Assembly (NCBI GenBank): GCA_950097015.1
Contig: CATNEN010000039.1
Coordinates: 18,972,001-19,036,000, forward strand
Origin: Macrostomum hystrix
Taxonomy: Eukaryota; Animalia; Platyhelminthes
DNA length: 64,000 nucleotides
Reading direction: 5' to 3'
This document shows positions 25,329 to 39,100 of the stretch, one piece after another. How positions within the stretch are numbered: the first letter of the stretch is position 1; each line of letters opens with the position of its first letter. The notes under the pieces were generated by a model. That model searched no databases and was not told where the DNA came from. It was given only the letters and a program-made list of their open reading frames with translations. Position numbers and translations under genes: made by a program.

Positions 25329-26946
25329 ATGCTTAGTGTTTCCGGAGCACATCAAGCAAATACTTCTGCTTCAGGAGGTGGTGGCCGCACTATGGCTGTC
25401 GCTTCAACAAGTCGAATTCCTCAGACAAGCGCTGTGGACCAAGCAATTTCGAAGCACGTTAAGGATAATTTCGAGGAGCTTTTGGCAGCATTCAAGGTAT
25501 ACGACATCGAGAACAATAATTCTGTAACAAAGGGTGAACTCCGCAGAATTATTGAGATCAATATCACACCAATAAACACAGCAGACTTCGGAAAAGTTCT
25601 CAAGAATGTTACAGTAAATCGCAATGGAAGCGTTCAGTATATGACTTTTCTCAAGTTTTACAAAGACCTTGGTCAGACCTCCTCACCGGAAAGCGAAAGC
25701 GACAAAAAGAAGCAGGCTGAAACAGCAAGTCTCAATGGAAAGAAGCCAATAGATCCGAACTTGAGCGCTGGTGAGATAGAAAAGTTATTGAAGAATTCTA
25801 TTGAATTAAACTTGCCCTCCGTTTTGCGCGGTTTTCGTCTCTTCGACTACAATCGCGACAGAAAAATCCAGTTTCATGAACTAAGAAAGATTCTGGAACA
25901 GTACTGTTTTCCGATGTCGAATGCTCAGTTTGAAAAGCTCTGGAACAGCATCGACTACTCAAAGATGGGCCTGATCGACTACATGGACTTCCTGGGTCGT
26001 CTGGGCATAGCTGTGCCAAATGCCGGCAGCAAAGGAGCCCCGCAGCGAACAGAAAGGAAGAAGCTTCAGCTTGGGTCCAGCGGAATGAACATGGACCAGC
26101 TAGAAGTTGAGTACCGTAGGCGTCTCAAGGAGCAGCACGGACTGTTGAAGAAGGCGTGTCTCGTAATTGACTCCAAGCACAGTGGATTGATGCCCATCAA
26201 GAATTTCAAAGCCATTTTAGATGAGTTTATCATCTCTGTGTCAGATCAGGAGTTTCACAAGCTAATGGAGAGATTCAGTGTCAAAGCCAGTCATGACATT
26301 CAGTGGTACGCCTTTCTACAAAAGTTCGTCGATCCGCAGAGTCTGAGCAATGGCCAGACTCTACCAATCAGACCCGGACACAAGGCCAACGTCATCCGTG
26401 GCTCTCATGTTGAAGCGAGTGTGCAGGACCTTATCCAACTGCTGTACAACCACATCCTCTCTGCGTACTCCTCGCTGCGGAACGCTTTCTTGCAGATCGA
26501 CATCAACAGAAAGGGCAAGATCACGATATCCGATTTCAGACGACTGATCCAGGGCTTCAAGTTTGAGTTGTCTGAGATGCAGATAAAAGAGATCATGATG
26601 CAGCTAGACCCTGAGCACACCGGCTTCATCACTTATCAGAAGTTCCTAGACATCTTTGAAGAGAAGGAATCCGCGGACGGCCACAAGTGGCTCATCAGCA
26701 GCCACAAGTACAACAAGGACACAAAGCCGGCTATTCTGGCGTGGAAGACTGTGGAGGACCTCCTTCAGCAGAAGATTGTGCTGCGATGGAAGAGCTTCAC
26801 AGCAGCACTAAAGCATTACGACTCAACGGGTACAGGCTACGTGAGCCCGTCAAACCTCAAGAAAGTGCTAGACAAAATCGCCATCCCACTGTCTGATGAG
26901 CACTACGATAGTCTACTCAAGAGGCTCAGCCACAAGACTGCAGACG
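25329..26946 (+). CDS. EFCAB6: EFCAB6-like EF-hand calcium-binding protein, exon 1
   Basis: Repeated EF-hand pairs (FKVYDIENNNSVTKGEL, FRLFDYNRDRKIQFHEL, FLQIDINRKGKITISDF); donor G|GTGAGA phase 1. Five-exon model gives 1534 aa, the size and repeated architecture expected for EFCAB6. Start could alternatively be the next Met. Confidence 0.85.
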
Positions 26947-26999
26947 GTGAGAATGAACGATATTGATGACATCATTTACGAACATTAATTTACGAACAT

Positions 27000-27268
27000 A
27001 TTTCCCCTGCCACCTGAAGTCCTGTTGTATCGGTAGCTATTTCGCCGCGCATCTGAAGGCTGCGTACGGCTGTTCAGTGTACATGGACTGGGGAGACGCC
27101 ACGCCCACCTCTGCTAATTCTGATACCCATTTAACAGCTGTGTGAACAGAAGCATTGCACTGTAAGGCAACTTGCTAAAGGACACAAATTGTTACAGTGG
27201 AGTCAGGAGTCGAACACCCGACCTTCAAGTCGCGAGTCCGAGACTTTAAGTACTAGGCAACAACCCCC
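27000..27268 (-). mobile_element. SINE family B (tRNA head plus CORE/Nin-like central domain)
   Basis: B-box-like GTTCGACTCC on the minus strand; body GTGTCCTTTAGCAAGTTGCCTTACA...CAGCTGTTAAATGGGTA; homologous to 59950-60196. Confidence 0.8.
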
Positions 27269-27329
27269 GATCGTAGAATTTCATTTAAATTGTCATTACA
27301 TTACTTAAATCTCTAATTCCACAATGCAG

Positions 27330-29248
27330 GCAAAGTGAACTACTTGGAATTCCTGGCCGTAATGCAAATCGACGTCTACGCTGGTGACATCGAGGGCGTC
27401 TCTGCGCAGATCGCCCGAGGCAACGAGGCCTCACTGCAGCTGCGCCAGAGCCAACACGAGAAGGCCATGGCAGACATCGACAGTCACGCCTCATTGCGCA
27501 CCAACATGATGAGTCTTGAAGAAATTATCGTGCGTCTGCGGGACCGCAGCTCACAGACACGGCAGCATATCCGTGACGCCTTCCTGCAGATGGACGACGG
27601 CCGCAAAGGAGTAGTGTCGAAGGCCAAGTTCCGTTCGTTCCTAGAATCTCACGGCATCGTACTTAGCGATGAGAACTTTGCTCAGCTGACCCAGGAGTTG
27701 GAGTTCGGTCGAGATGGTCTCGACTACATGCGATTTGTCAAGCACTTCGAGGGTCGCGACTCGGAGCTGAACCCGTCTTATCTGCCGATGCAGAATCATA
27801 AGTACAACCCTGTACGCGGAGATGAATACGGCATGTCGGCGCAAGCGGTTGAGAACAAGCTCAGATCCAAGATTCGGGAGAATTTCACCACCCTGAGAGA
27901 GGCTTTCCACAAATTGGACTCTGACGGCAGAGGCTATCTCACTAAGCAGGACTTCCGGCGCCTGCTAGATCAGCTGATGTGCCTCACCAACGATGCCGAA
28001 TTTAACAAGCTCTGCGTCAAGCTGGGCATCAACGATGATTGCAAGCTGAGCTATAGGGACTTCCTGGGCCGCTTCCAGGAGAAGGATGATCTAGTCACTG
28101 GACACAAGTGGCTGGTCTCCAATCACCGCTACAATGAACTGGGTGATATGAAACCAAAATCTGCTGCTGAAGTTCACCAGTTGATGGCTGAGAAAGTGCA
28201 CCAGAACTACAAGGACATTGCCCGGGCTTTCTGCCACATAGACTATCTTGGTCGCGGCTACATTACCAAGCGCGAATTCAAGGAATTGCTGGCGCGCTTA
28301 AACATCGCCATGGAACCGGAGGAGTTTAAGAAGCTGTGGGTCTATTATGACGCCACCAATCGCAACGCCATCACACATGACGCCTTCCTCAAGCGGGTTG
28401 GTGTTGCCAGCGCTTTCTCTAGTGGCGACGGACAGGGTACCAGCGCCAAAATCATTCAGAACAGCGCCGAGTACATTGCTGTCCATCTAGAGGGTCAGGA
28501 GAATCGTCAGGAGAACCTCGTCTTCAACCAAGCGGTCCTGACTGTTGGCTTGGACGCCGATGCCTTGTTTCTCATTCTGCAAAAGCGCATCCGTGACTTT
28601 TTCCCAACAACCTACGCCGCTTTCCGTGCGCTTGATCTAAAGGAAAAGGGCTATCTTTGTCAGGATGATTTCCGCATAGCTATTCATCAGATGCACCTGT
28701 TTGTTCGCGACGAAAGCTTCGCCGAGCTGATGCGTCGAGTTGGCTTCGGCCAGCCAACGTCTCAGATGACATACGAATCTTTTTGCCTGGCCTTCGATGA
28801 GAAGTTCAGCGGTCCTCGAGAGGCGCAGCGACCAAAAACAGCTGGTCCTAAACTTGACGGAGCCCGCGCTGGCCAGACACAACAGCAGCCGCAGCAGCAG
28901 CGTGACGCCAAGGCCTTCCTCAAGCGGCTGCGTGAGAGTGTAGTCAAAGATGGCGAAATCCTGGAGAAGGTGTTCCGCTCGATGGACACAAAGCAGGAGG
29001 GTCGCATCGCAGCCAATGACTTCCGACGCGTTGTCGACGGGTTCTGCTTCAAGCTGACTGACCAGCAGTTCAAGGAGGTCGTGAAGGGCCTGCTGAGCCA
29101 GGGCGATCAGGTGGACTACTACCGCTTCTTGTCGAACTTTTCGCAGACACAGGAGGCGGCCGAACGCCGCGAATGGATGGAGGCTGCGAATGGCGCCGGC
29201 GGAGTTGGCGGCTCAGCGGAGGACGGAGAGCTGTTGAGCCAACAGGAG
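27330..29248 (+). CDS. EFCAB6: EFCAB6-like exon 2
   Basis: Acceptor AATGCAG phase 1 joins G-K-V-N-Y-L-E-F; EF-hands FHKLDSDGRGYLTKQDF etc.; internal repeat GHKWL.S.H.YN shared with exon 1; donor GAG|GTGAGC. Confidence 0.88.
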
Positions 29249-29351
29249 GTGAGCAATGCTATTCTCTGTTGATAATATTCGTTCGGAACATCCGTGTGAT
29301 TAGATTGACTGAGAATGTTCATGGTTTCATTATATTTTTCTCATCGTCAAG

Positions 29352-29819
29352 GTGGAATCTCGAGTCTCAGAGTTTGTCGCCGCCCGGCCGTACCTGCTCG
29401 CTCAGGCCTTCGCGGAGGCCGACTACGCCCAACTCGGCGTGCTGGCCAAAAGCGACTTCCGCGACATTCTGTTCCGCCTGGTGATGCGAATTTCGCCTGA
29501 ACAGTTCGACCAGCTGATGCTGCGCGTGCCAACTAACGAGTATGGAAACGTTGATTACAAAGAGTTTCTGGCCAGGTTCGCGGCTGCCGAGCAGCAGCAG
29601 CTGCAGCAGCCAGCAGCCAATGGAACCAGCGGGGCAGTTGCTCGACCGGACTCGCCGATCAGCCTGACGCCTCCAGCCAGTGCCGATCAGGCGCAGCAGC
29701 AGCCATCGTTGGACACGGAGGCTGAGGCCCAGCTTCGTCGGGCGATGGCGCAGTCCTGGAAGTCTTTGTTCAGTCGGTTCAAACTGTTGGATCAGGCCAC
29801 CCCGGAGAAGCCAAAACAG
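29352..29819 (+). CDS. EFCAB6: EFCAB6-like exon 3
   Basis: AG acceptor, 156 codons, donor CAG|GTGAGT; EF-hand-like TNEYGNVDYKEFL. Confidence 0.85.
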
Positions 29820-30365
29820 GTGAGTTTCTGTTTGAACAAAAGTCTATAATTCCAAAAATCTTGGCGAATACAGAATTTTTATTATTTGCGCTCGCATTTC
29901 ACGAATTATTTTCTTAGTGTAGACTAGTGTAGACGTTTTATCACTCCTTTGTTAGCTCGTAGCGAGTTAGTAATTAGCAGCATACATCCAATATATGAAT
30001 GCACCGCATTGAATCCTACTTCATCATTAAAATGACATGCAGTCTGTACAGGTTCAACGGACTAGCACCAGCTGCGAATACTGTCATCAAACAGGTATTG
30101 GCTATATTTACAATGTTAATCCGGAAGAACTGCTTTATATTGACATATTTGACTCAAATATAAAAAGAACTAAGTAACTCACTTCAATTCACTTTGACTC
30201 TCACGTCGAAAAAGTAATTAGTCACACAAAATATGTACTCAAGGTAACACGGGTTTATTTTAACCAATCGGCGTCACAGTCAAAGGCTGCAACTATCATT
30301 TGCCTTCGCCAGCAAGCTAGTGCATGCGCGAAATGTACTTTTCTGTTTAGCCTTTTTTGCTTGCG

Positions 30366-30957
30366 CAGTGAGAGACGGAGGCTGTAAACAGTGGGAGATG
30401 GAGGCTGTAAACAGTGGGAGATGGAAGCTGTAAACAGTGGGAGATGGAGGCTGTAAACAGTGGGAGATGGAGGCTGTAAACAGTGGGAGATGGAGGCTGT
30501 AAACAGTGGGAGATGGAAGCTGTAAACAGTGGGAGATGGAGGCTGTAAACAGTGGGAGATGGAGGCTGTCAAACAGTGGGAGATGGAGGCTGTAAACAGT
30601 GGGAGATGGAGGCTGTAAACAGTGGGAGATGAAAGCTGTAAACAGTGGGAGATGGAGGCTGTCAAACAGTGGGAGATGGAGGCTGTAAACAGTGGGAGAT
30701 GGAGGCTGTAAACAGTGGGAGATGGAGGCTGTAAACAGTGGGAGATGGAGGCTGTAAACAGTGGGAGATGGAGGCTGTAAACAGTGGGAGATGGAAGCTG
30801 TAAACAGTGGGAGATGGAAGCTGTAAACAGTGAGAGATGGAGGCTGTAAACAGTGAGAGATGGAGGCTGTAAACAGTGGGAGATGGAGGCTGTAAACAGT
30901 GGGAGATGGAAGCTGTAAACAGTGAGAGATGGAGGCTGTAAACAGTGAGAGATGAGG
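30366..30957. repeat. 23-bp minisatellite (TAAACAGTGGGAGATGGAGGCTG)n, intronic copy of the 33-40 kb satellite
   Basis: About 25 copies, same unit and orientation as the large array. Confidence 0.95.
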
Positions 30958-31188
30958 CTTTCATTGGTGTTATTTGCCCCCCATGCCTTGTCTCTGCGAC
31001 TGCGCCCCAAATGAATGCGGCTTCGCCAAGCATTACAGTTCCGCAACTTACACTATCCCCGCTCGAGGAGTCATTGAATGTTGTACGAAGTGCTTGAAAC
31101 TTAAAAGTGTCTCGCGCGACAACGCTCGAACGCTCCAATTGCTAACCCCATCGCTTCAAGGCCCTACTAATTCAAAACCGTCGCTCAG

Positions 31189-31614
31189 ATTCACATCGAC
31201 GACTTCTGCGCAGTACTGTGCGCGGCCGGCATGGCGGATCTGACCCCAGCCCAGGCGGCCCCAGCTCTGCGCCGCTTCGGCCTTCGTGGCGACGGGTTCT
31301 TCCGCTACCAGGACTGCGTGCGGGCCTTCGTAACTGGCGATTCCGGCGGTATGGGCGGCGGCGCAGGCCGCGGTGGAGCCGGAGGCGGTCCGGAGACAGC
31401 TCAGATTGTCCGCCGAAAGATGGAACGCGCTCGCATCAGCTTTGTGGGGCCGTCGCAGCAACAAGCTGCATCAGTCTCCATGGCTGCGGCTGAACCGCCG
31501 GCCACTGTGCGTGGAGGTGCCGGCGGCGACGGCTCGATGCTGACGCTGGCAATGCGACTGCGCCGCCGGGTGCTCGAGGACTGGAAGGAGATGCGACGAG
31601 TCTTCCGAGAGCAG
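31189..31614 (+). CDS. EFCAB6: EFCAB6-like exon 4
   Basis: Acceptor CGCTCAG, phase 0 at both ends; IHIDDFCAVL...WKEMRRVFREQ; donor CAG|GTGAGA. Confidence 0.8.
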
Positions 31615-31814
31615 GTGAGAGAAAATTATAAGAAATCAGATACCGAAGCAAGGAGTCAGATTTCCTTCAGGAAGCCTATCTAACTGAAAAGCTCACGGTA
31701 AGGACACGAACGAAGGGAAAATATTTGAAGGACTTAAAGGACTTTAAAGGACTTTCTAGATTGATGAAATATTTGGTTGTGCCATTTTTAATCATTCGGT
31801 TGTAAATGGTAATT

Positions 31815-32000
31815 AGAGCATCATTTGGCGAAAGTCGACCCGGCCGCAGCCAACGAGGAGGCAATTCTGCCCATTGCGTTGACTCCTGAGCACACGCTCA
31901 CACAGGTGTGTACATCTGCCCTGACTTTCCTATCGTCAGGAAGTGTACACTCTCACTGTGCCTTGGAGGTTGGCCCTCAAGAGCCCCAAGCCTATTCCTC
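31815..32000 (-). mobile_element. SINE family A, partial copy
   Basis: GCAGCCAACGAGGAGGCAATTCTGCCCATT...CCTTGGAGGTTGGCCCTCAA as in the other copies. Confidence 0.8.
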
Positions 32001-32046
32001 CTACTCCGAGCTGTGTAGCTGAATCGCGATCATTCCACTCGCCAAG

Positions 32047-32220
32047 GATCCGGACGGTCGAGGCCGTGCTTCGCCGTCGTCCTTCCGTCGTGTGCTGCGT
32101 CGGTTCGGCTTGACACTGAGCGACGACGAGTTCTACCAGCTGACCGTTGCGTACGATCCCGACAGGAGCGGCGGTGTCGACTACAACGAGTTCATTCGCT
32201 CCTTCCTGCGCTCGGCTTAA
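32047..32220 (+). CDS. EFCAB6: EFCAB6-like last exon (absent from the ORF track)
   Basis: DPDGRGRASPSSFRRVLRRFGLTLSDDEFYQLTVAYDPDRSGGVDYNEFIRSFLRSA*; completes a terminal EF-hand pair; TAA at 32218-32220. Confidence 0.88.
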   Translation, partial: DPDGRGRASPSSFRRVLRRFGLTLSDDEFYQLTVAYDPDRSGGVDYNEFIRSFLRSA

Positions 32221-33183
32221 ACGGCCCTTTTATTTAACTTTCCCGTCGCTTGTTTTGATTTAAGGAAAAGTAACTGTGGAACTGTAGAATTTTTCACCTA
32301 TTAAACTTTCAAGACTCATTGATGGTTTTATAACACCTGACAAGCTACTGAACTGGTTCTCTTCTTCTGGTAAATCACTGTTGAGTTTTTTAGGTCGTGT
32401 TTTTCTCTATTTCTCAAATCGTGTCTGTCGCTTTCTGAAACTTCGCTATCGCCGCTTCCTCAACAGATTGAAAGCCATCAGCTTTTTTCCTTTCGGTATT
32501 TTTTGTCACCATTATTTACTGCTGCAAATTTTTTCCTAGACTTTTACTTGTACTTTAACATGTTGTCGTAGAAAAGATGTCGTAGGAATGGCGTATGCTG
32601 ATGAAACAAAAAATTGGGAGTTATAATTTTAAGGCTTTGCGCAGCCGATTTTTCTCTTACAGTCGGATAACTACCTGTCTTATCTTAATTAGCAAATTAG
32701 ATAATTGTAGCTAATTAGATAATTGAATAGTTTTGTCGCGTGTATGAAATAAAACTGAGAGTTAATAAAGATAACGGTAGGATTTCTAAATTTTAATCTT
32801 CGAGTATGATCACGTGGTCACATAGAACTTTAAACCTGGCGTAATGGTACAAAAATAATTAATCATGAAGTCGTCATGATGACTAACGAAAAAACAACGA
32901 ACTTAATTGTCAGTTTAATTACTTCAATTTTTGTGCCACTATTTTTTCCGTATTTACGAGCGTAATGTGGCTGTAAAATGGGACACGGCTTAATTAAGCT
33001 GGTGAAATTCAATCTGAGATAAACCGTTTTACAAAAATAATAAAACTGCAGATTTTTGTTTTAATTTTTTACTTAACTAGAGAAGTTAATTTTCACACGA
33101 GTAAATTATTGATTGTTTTACCTTCCTGTGTCTTTTCAAAGCACATTCTTTCTTGACAAATAATGCGTGTGGAACAACTTGTG

Positions 33184-36100
33184 TCTGTAAACAGTGGGAG
33201 ATAAAGGCTGTAAACAGAGGGAGATGGAGGCTGTAAACAGTGGGAGATAAAGGCTGTAAACAGTGGGAGATAAAGGCTGTAAACAGTGAGAGATGGAGGC
33301 TGTAAACAGTGGGAGATAAAGGTTGTAAACAGTGGGAGATAAAGGCTGTAAACAGTGGGAGATAAAGGCTGTAAACAGAGGGAGATGAAGGCTGTAAACA
33401 GTGGGAGATGGAGGCTGTAAACAGTGGGAGATGAAGGCTGTAAACAGTGGGAGATGAAGGCTGTAAACAGTGGGAGATGGAGGCTGTAAACAATGGGAGA
33501 TGAAGGCTGTAAACAGAGGGAGATGAAGGCTGTAAACAGTGGGAGATGGAGGCAGTAAACAGCGGGAGATGGAGGCTGTAAACAGTGAGAGATGGAGGCG
33601 TTAAATAGCGGGAGATGGAGGCTGTAAACAGTGGGAGATGGAGGCTGTAAACAGTGGGAGATAAAGGCTGTAAACAGAGGGAGATAAAGGCTGTAAACAG
33701 AGGGAGATGAAGGCTGTAAACAGTGGGAGATGGAGGCTGTAAACAGTGGGAGATGGAGGCTGTAAACAGTGGGAGATGAAGGCTGTAAACAGTGGGAGAT
33801 GGAGGCTGTAAACAATGGGAGATGAAGGCTGTAAACAATGGGAGATGAAGGCTGTAAACAGAGGGAGATGAAGGCTGTAAACAGTGGGAGATGGAGGCTG
33901 TAAACAGTGGGAGATGGAGGCTGTAAACAGTGGGAGATGAAGGCTGTGAACAGTGGGAGATGGAGGCTGTAAACAATGGGAGATGAAGGCTGTAAACAGT
34001 GGGAGATAAAGGCTGTAAACAGAGGGAGATAAAGGCTGTAAACAGTCAGTGGGAGATAAAGGCTGTAAACAGAGGGAGATGAAGGCTGTAAACAGTGAGA
34101 GATGGAGGCTGTAAACAGTGGGAGATAAAGGCTGTAAACAGAGGGAGATAAAGTCTGTAAACAGAGGGAGATAAAGGCTGTAAACGGTGGGAGATAAAGG
34201 CTGTAAACAGAGGGAGATGAAGGCTGTAAACAGTGAGAGATGGAGGCTGTAAACAGTGGGAGATAAAGGCTGTAAACAGAGGGAGATAAAGGCTGTAAAC
34301 AGAGGGAGATAAAGGCTGTAAACAGAGGGAGATGAAGGCTGTAAACAGTGGGAGATAAAGGCTGTAAACAGTGGGAGATAAAGGCTGTAAACAGAGGGAG
34401 ATGAAGGCTGTAAACAGTGGGAGATGGAGGCAGTAAACAGCGGGAGATGGAGGCTGTAAACAGTGGGAGATAAAGGCTGTAAACAGAGGGAGATGGAGGC
34501 TGTAAACAGTGAGAGATGAAGGCTGTAAACAGAGGGAGATAAAGGCTGTAAACAGTGGGAGATGGAGGCAGTAAACAGCGGGAGATAGAGGCTGTAAACA
34601 GTGAGAGATGGAGGCGTTAAATAGCGGGAGATGGAGGCTGTAAACAGTGAGAGATGGAGGCTGTAAACAGTGGGAGATAAAGGCTGTAAACAGAGGGAGA
34701 TGGAGGCTGTAAACAGTGAGAGATGAAGGCTGTAAACAGAGGGAGATAAAGGCTGTAAACAGTGGGAGATGGAGGCAGTAAACAGCGGGAGATGGAGGCT
34801 GTAAACAGTGAGAGATGGAGGCTGTAAACAGTGGGAGATGGAGGCTGTAAACAGTGGGAGATGAAGGCTGTAAACAGTGGGAGATGGAGGCTGTAAACAA
34901 TGGGAGATGAAGGCTGTAAACAGTGGGAGATGGAGGCTGTAAACAATGGGAGATGAAGGCTAGTGGGAGACGGAGGCTGTAAACAGTGGGAGATGAAGGC
35001 TGTAAACAGTGGGAGATAAAGGCTGTAAACAGTGGGAGATAAAGGCTGTAAGCAGTGAGAGATGGAGGCTGTAAACAGTGGGAGATGGAGGCTGTAAACA
35101 GTGGGAGATAAAGGCTGTAAACAGAGGGAGATAAAGGCTGTAAACAGAGGGAGATGAAGGCTGTAAACAGTGAGAGATGGAGGCTGTAAACAGTGGGAGA
35201 TGAAGGCTGTAAACAGTGGGAGATGGAGGCTGTAAACAATGGGAGATGAAGGCTGTAAACAGAGGGAGATGAAGGCTGTAAACAGTGGGAGATGGAGGCA
35301 GTAAACAGCGGGAGATGGAGGCTGTGAACAGTGGGAGATGGAGGCTGTAAACAATGGGAGATGAAGGCTGTAAACAGTGGGAGATGGAGGCTGTAAACAA
35401 TGGGAGATGAAGGCTGTAAACAGTGGGAGATGGAGGCTGTAAACAATGGGAGATGAAGGCTAGTGGGAGACGGAGGCTGTAAACAGTGGGAGATGAAGGC
35501 TGTAAACAGTGGGAGATAAAGGCTGTAAACAGTGGGAGATAAAGGCTGTAAGCAGTGAGAGATGGAGGCTGTAAACAGTGGGAGATAAAGGCTGTAAACA
35601 GAGGGAGATGAAGGCTGTAAACAGTGGGAGATGGAGGCTGTAAACAATGGGAGATGAAGGCTGTAAACAGTGGGAGATGGAGGCTGTAAACAGTGGGAGA
35701 TGGAGGCTGTAAACAGTGGGAGATAAAGGCTGTAAACAGAGGGAGATAAAGGCTGTAAACAGAGGGAGATGAAGGCTGTAAACAGTGAGAGATGGAGGCT
35801 GTAAACAGTGGGAGATGAAGGCTGTAAACAGTGGGAGATGGAGGCTGTAAACAATGGGAGATGAAGGCTGTAAACAGTGGGAGATGGAGGCTGTAAACAA
35901 TGGGAGATGAAGGCTAGTGGGAGACGGAGGCTGTAAACAGTGGGAGATGAAGGCTGTAAACAGTGGGAGATAAAGGCTGTAAACAGTGGGAGATAAAGGC
36001 TGTAAGCAGTGAGAGATGGAGGCTGTAAACAGTGGGAGATAAAGGCTGTAAACAGAGGGAGATAAAGGCTGTAAACAGTGGGAGATAAAGGCTGTAAACA

Positions 36101-39100
36101 GAGGGAGATGAAGGCTGTAAACAGTGGGAGATGGAGGCTGTAAACAGTGGGAGATAAAGGCTGTAAACAGAGGGAGATGAAGGCTGTAAACAGTGGGAGA
36201 TGGAGGCTGTAAACAATGGGAGATGAAGGCTGTAAACAGTGGGAGATGGAGGCTGTAAACAGTGGGAGATGGAGGCTGTAAACAGTGGGAGATAAAGGCT
36301 GTAAACAGAGGGAGATGAAGGCTGTAAACAGTGGGAGATGGAGGCTGTAAACAATGGGAGATGAAGGCTGTAAACAGTGGGAGATGGAGGCAGTAAACAG
36401 CGGGAGATGGAGGCTGTAAACAGTGAGAGATGGAGGCTGTAAACAGTGGGAGATGGAGGCTGTAAACAGTGGGAGATGAAGGCTGTAAACAGTGGGAGAT
36501 GGAGGCTGTAAACAATGGGAGATGAAGGCTGTAAACAGTGGGAGATGGAGGCTGTAAACAATGGGAGATGAAGGCTAGTGGGAGACGGAGGCTGTAAACA
36601 GTGGGAGATGAAGGCTGTAAACAGTGGGAGATAAAGGCTGTAAACAGTGGGAGATAAAGGCTATAAGCAGTGAGAGATGGAGGCTGTAAACAGTGGGAGA
36701 TGAAGGCTGTAAACAGTGGGAGATGGAGGCAGTAAACAGCGGGAGATGGAGGCTGTAAACAGTGAGAGATGGAGGCGTTGAATAGCGGGAGATGAAGGCT
36801 GTAAACAGTGGGAGATGGAGGCTGTAAACAATGGGAGATGAAGGCTGTAAACAGAGGGAGATGAAGGCTGTAAACAGTGGGAGATGGAGGCAGTAAACAG
36901 CGGGAGATGGAGGCTGTGAACAGTGGGAGATGGAGTCTGTAAACAATGGGAGATGAAGGCTGTAAACAGTGGGAGATAAAGGCTGTAAACAGAGGGAGAT
37001 AAAGGCTGTAAACAGTGGGAGATAAAGGCTGTAAACAGAGGGAGATAAAGGCTGTAAACAGAGGGAGATGAAGGCTGTAAACAGTGAGAGATGGAGGCTG
37101 TAAACAGTGGGAGATGGAGGCTGTAAACAGTGGGAGATAAAGGCTGTAAACAGAGGGAGATAAAGGCTGTAAACCGAGGGAGATGAAGGCTGTAAACAGT
37201 GGGAGATGGAGGCTGTAAACAGTGGGAGATGGAGGCTGTAAACAGTGGGAGATGAAGGCTGTAAACAGTGGGAGATGGAGGCTGTAAACAATGGGAGATG
37301 AAGGCTGTAAACAGAGGGAGATGAAGGCTGTAAACAGTGGGAGATGGAGGCTGTAAACAGTGGGAGATGGAGGCTGTAAACAGTGGGAGATGAAGGCTGT
37401 GAACAGTGGGAGATGGAGGCTGTAAACAATGGGAGATGAAGGCTGTAAACAGTGGGAGATAAAGGCTGTAAACAGAGGGAGATAAAGGCTGTAAACAGTC
37501 AGTGGGAGATAAAGGCTGTAAACAGAGGGAGATGAAGGCTGTAAACAGTGAGAGATGGAGGCTGTAAACAGTGGGAGATAAAGGCTGTAAACAGAGGGAG
37601 ATAAAGTCTGTAAACAGAGGGAGATAAAGGCTGTAAACGGTGGGAGATAAAGGCTGTAAACAGAGGGAGATGAAGGCTGTAAACAGTGAGAGATGGAGGC
37701 TGTAAACAGTGGGAGATAAAGGCTGTAAACAGAGGGAGATAAAGGCTGTAAACAGAGGGAGATAAAGGCTGTAAACAGAGGGAGATGAAGGCTGTAAACA
37801 GTGGGAGATAAAGGCTGTAAACAGTGGGAGATAAAGGCTGTAAACAGAGGGAGATGAAGGCTGTAAACAGTGGGAGATGGAGGCAGTAAACAGCGGGAGA
37901 TGGAGGCTGTAAACAGTGGGAGATAAAGGCTGTAAACAGAGGGAGATGGAGGCTGTAAACAGTGAGAGATGAAGGCTGTAAACAGAGGGAGATAAAGGCT
38001 GTAAACAGTGGGAGATGGAGGCAGTAAACAGCGGGAGATAGAGGCTGTAAACAGTGAGAGATGGAGGCGTTAAATAGCGGGAGATGGAGGCTGTAAACAG
38101 TGAGAGATGGAGGCTGTAAACAGTGGGAGATGAAGGCTGTAAACAGTGGGAGATGGAGGCAGTAAACAGTGAGAGATGAAGGCTGTAAACAGAGGGAGAT
38201 AAAGGCAGTAAACAGTGGGAGATGGAGGCAGTAAACAGCGGGAGATGGAGGCTGTAAACAGTGAGAGATGGAGGCTGTAAACAGTGGGAGATGGAGGCTG
38301 TAAACAGTGGGAGATGAAGGCTGTAAACAGTGGGAGATGGAGGCTGTAAACAATGGGAGATGAAGGCTGTAAACAGTGGGAGATGGAGGCTGTAAACAAT
38401 GGGAGATGAAGGCTAGTGGGAGACGGAGGCTGTAAACAGTGGGAGATGAAGGCTGTAAACAGTGGGAGATGAAGGCTAGTGGGAGACGGAGGCTGTAAAC
38501 AGTGGGAGATGAAGGCTGTAAACAGTGGGAGATAAAGGCTGTAAACAGTGGGAGATAAAGGCTGTAAGCAGTGAGAGATGGAGGCTGTAAACAGTGGGAG
38601 ATAAAGGCTGTAAACAGAGGGAGATAAAGGCTGTAAACAGTGGGAGATAAAGGCTGTAAACAGAGGGAGATGAAGGCTGTAAACAGTGAGAGATGGAGGC
38701 TGTAAACAGTGGGAGATGGAGGCTGTAAACAGTGGGAGATGGAGGCTGTAAACAATGGGAGATGAAGGCTGTAAACAGTGGGAGATGGAGGCTGTAAACA
38801 ATGGGAGATGAAGGCTAGTGGGAGACGGAGGCTGTAAACAGTGGGAGATGAAGGCTGTAAACAGTGGGAGATAAAGGCTGTAAACAGTGGGAGATGGAGG
38901 CTGTAAACAATGGGAGATGAAGGCTGTAAACAGTGGGAGATGGAGGCTGTAAACAGAGGGAGATGAAGGCTGTAAACAGTGAGAGATGGAGGCTGTAAAC
39001 AGTGGGAGATAAAGGCTGTAAACAGAGGGAGATAAAGTCTGTAAACAGAGGGAGATAAAGGCTGTAAACAGTGGGAGATGGAGGCTGTAAACAGTGGAAG

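Noticed and set aside
30043-30094. Possible extra EFCAB6 exon with AG...GT borders
   Set aside because: Lengths of 43 or 52 nt break the phase 0/0 frame, and the gene model is complete without it.
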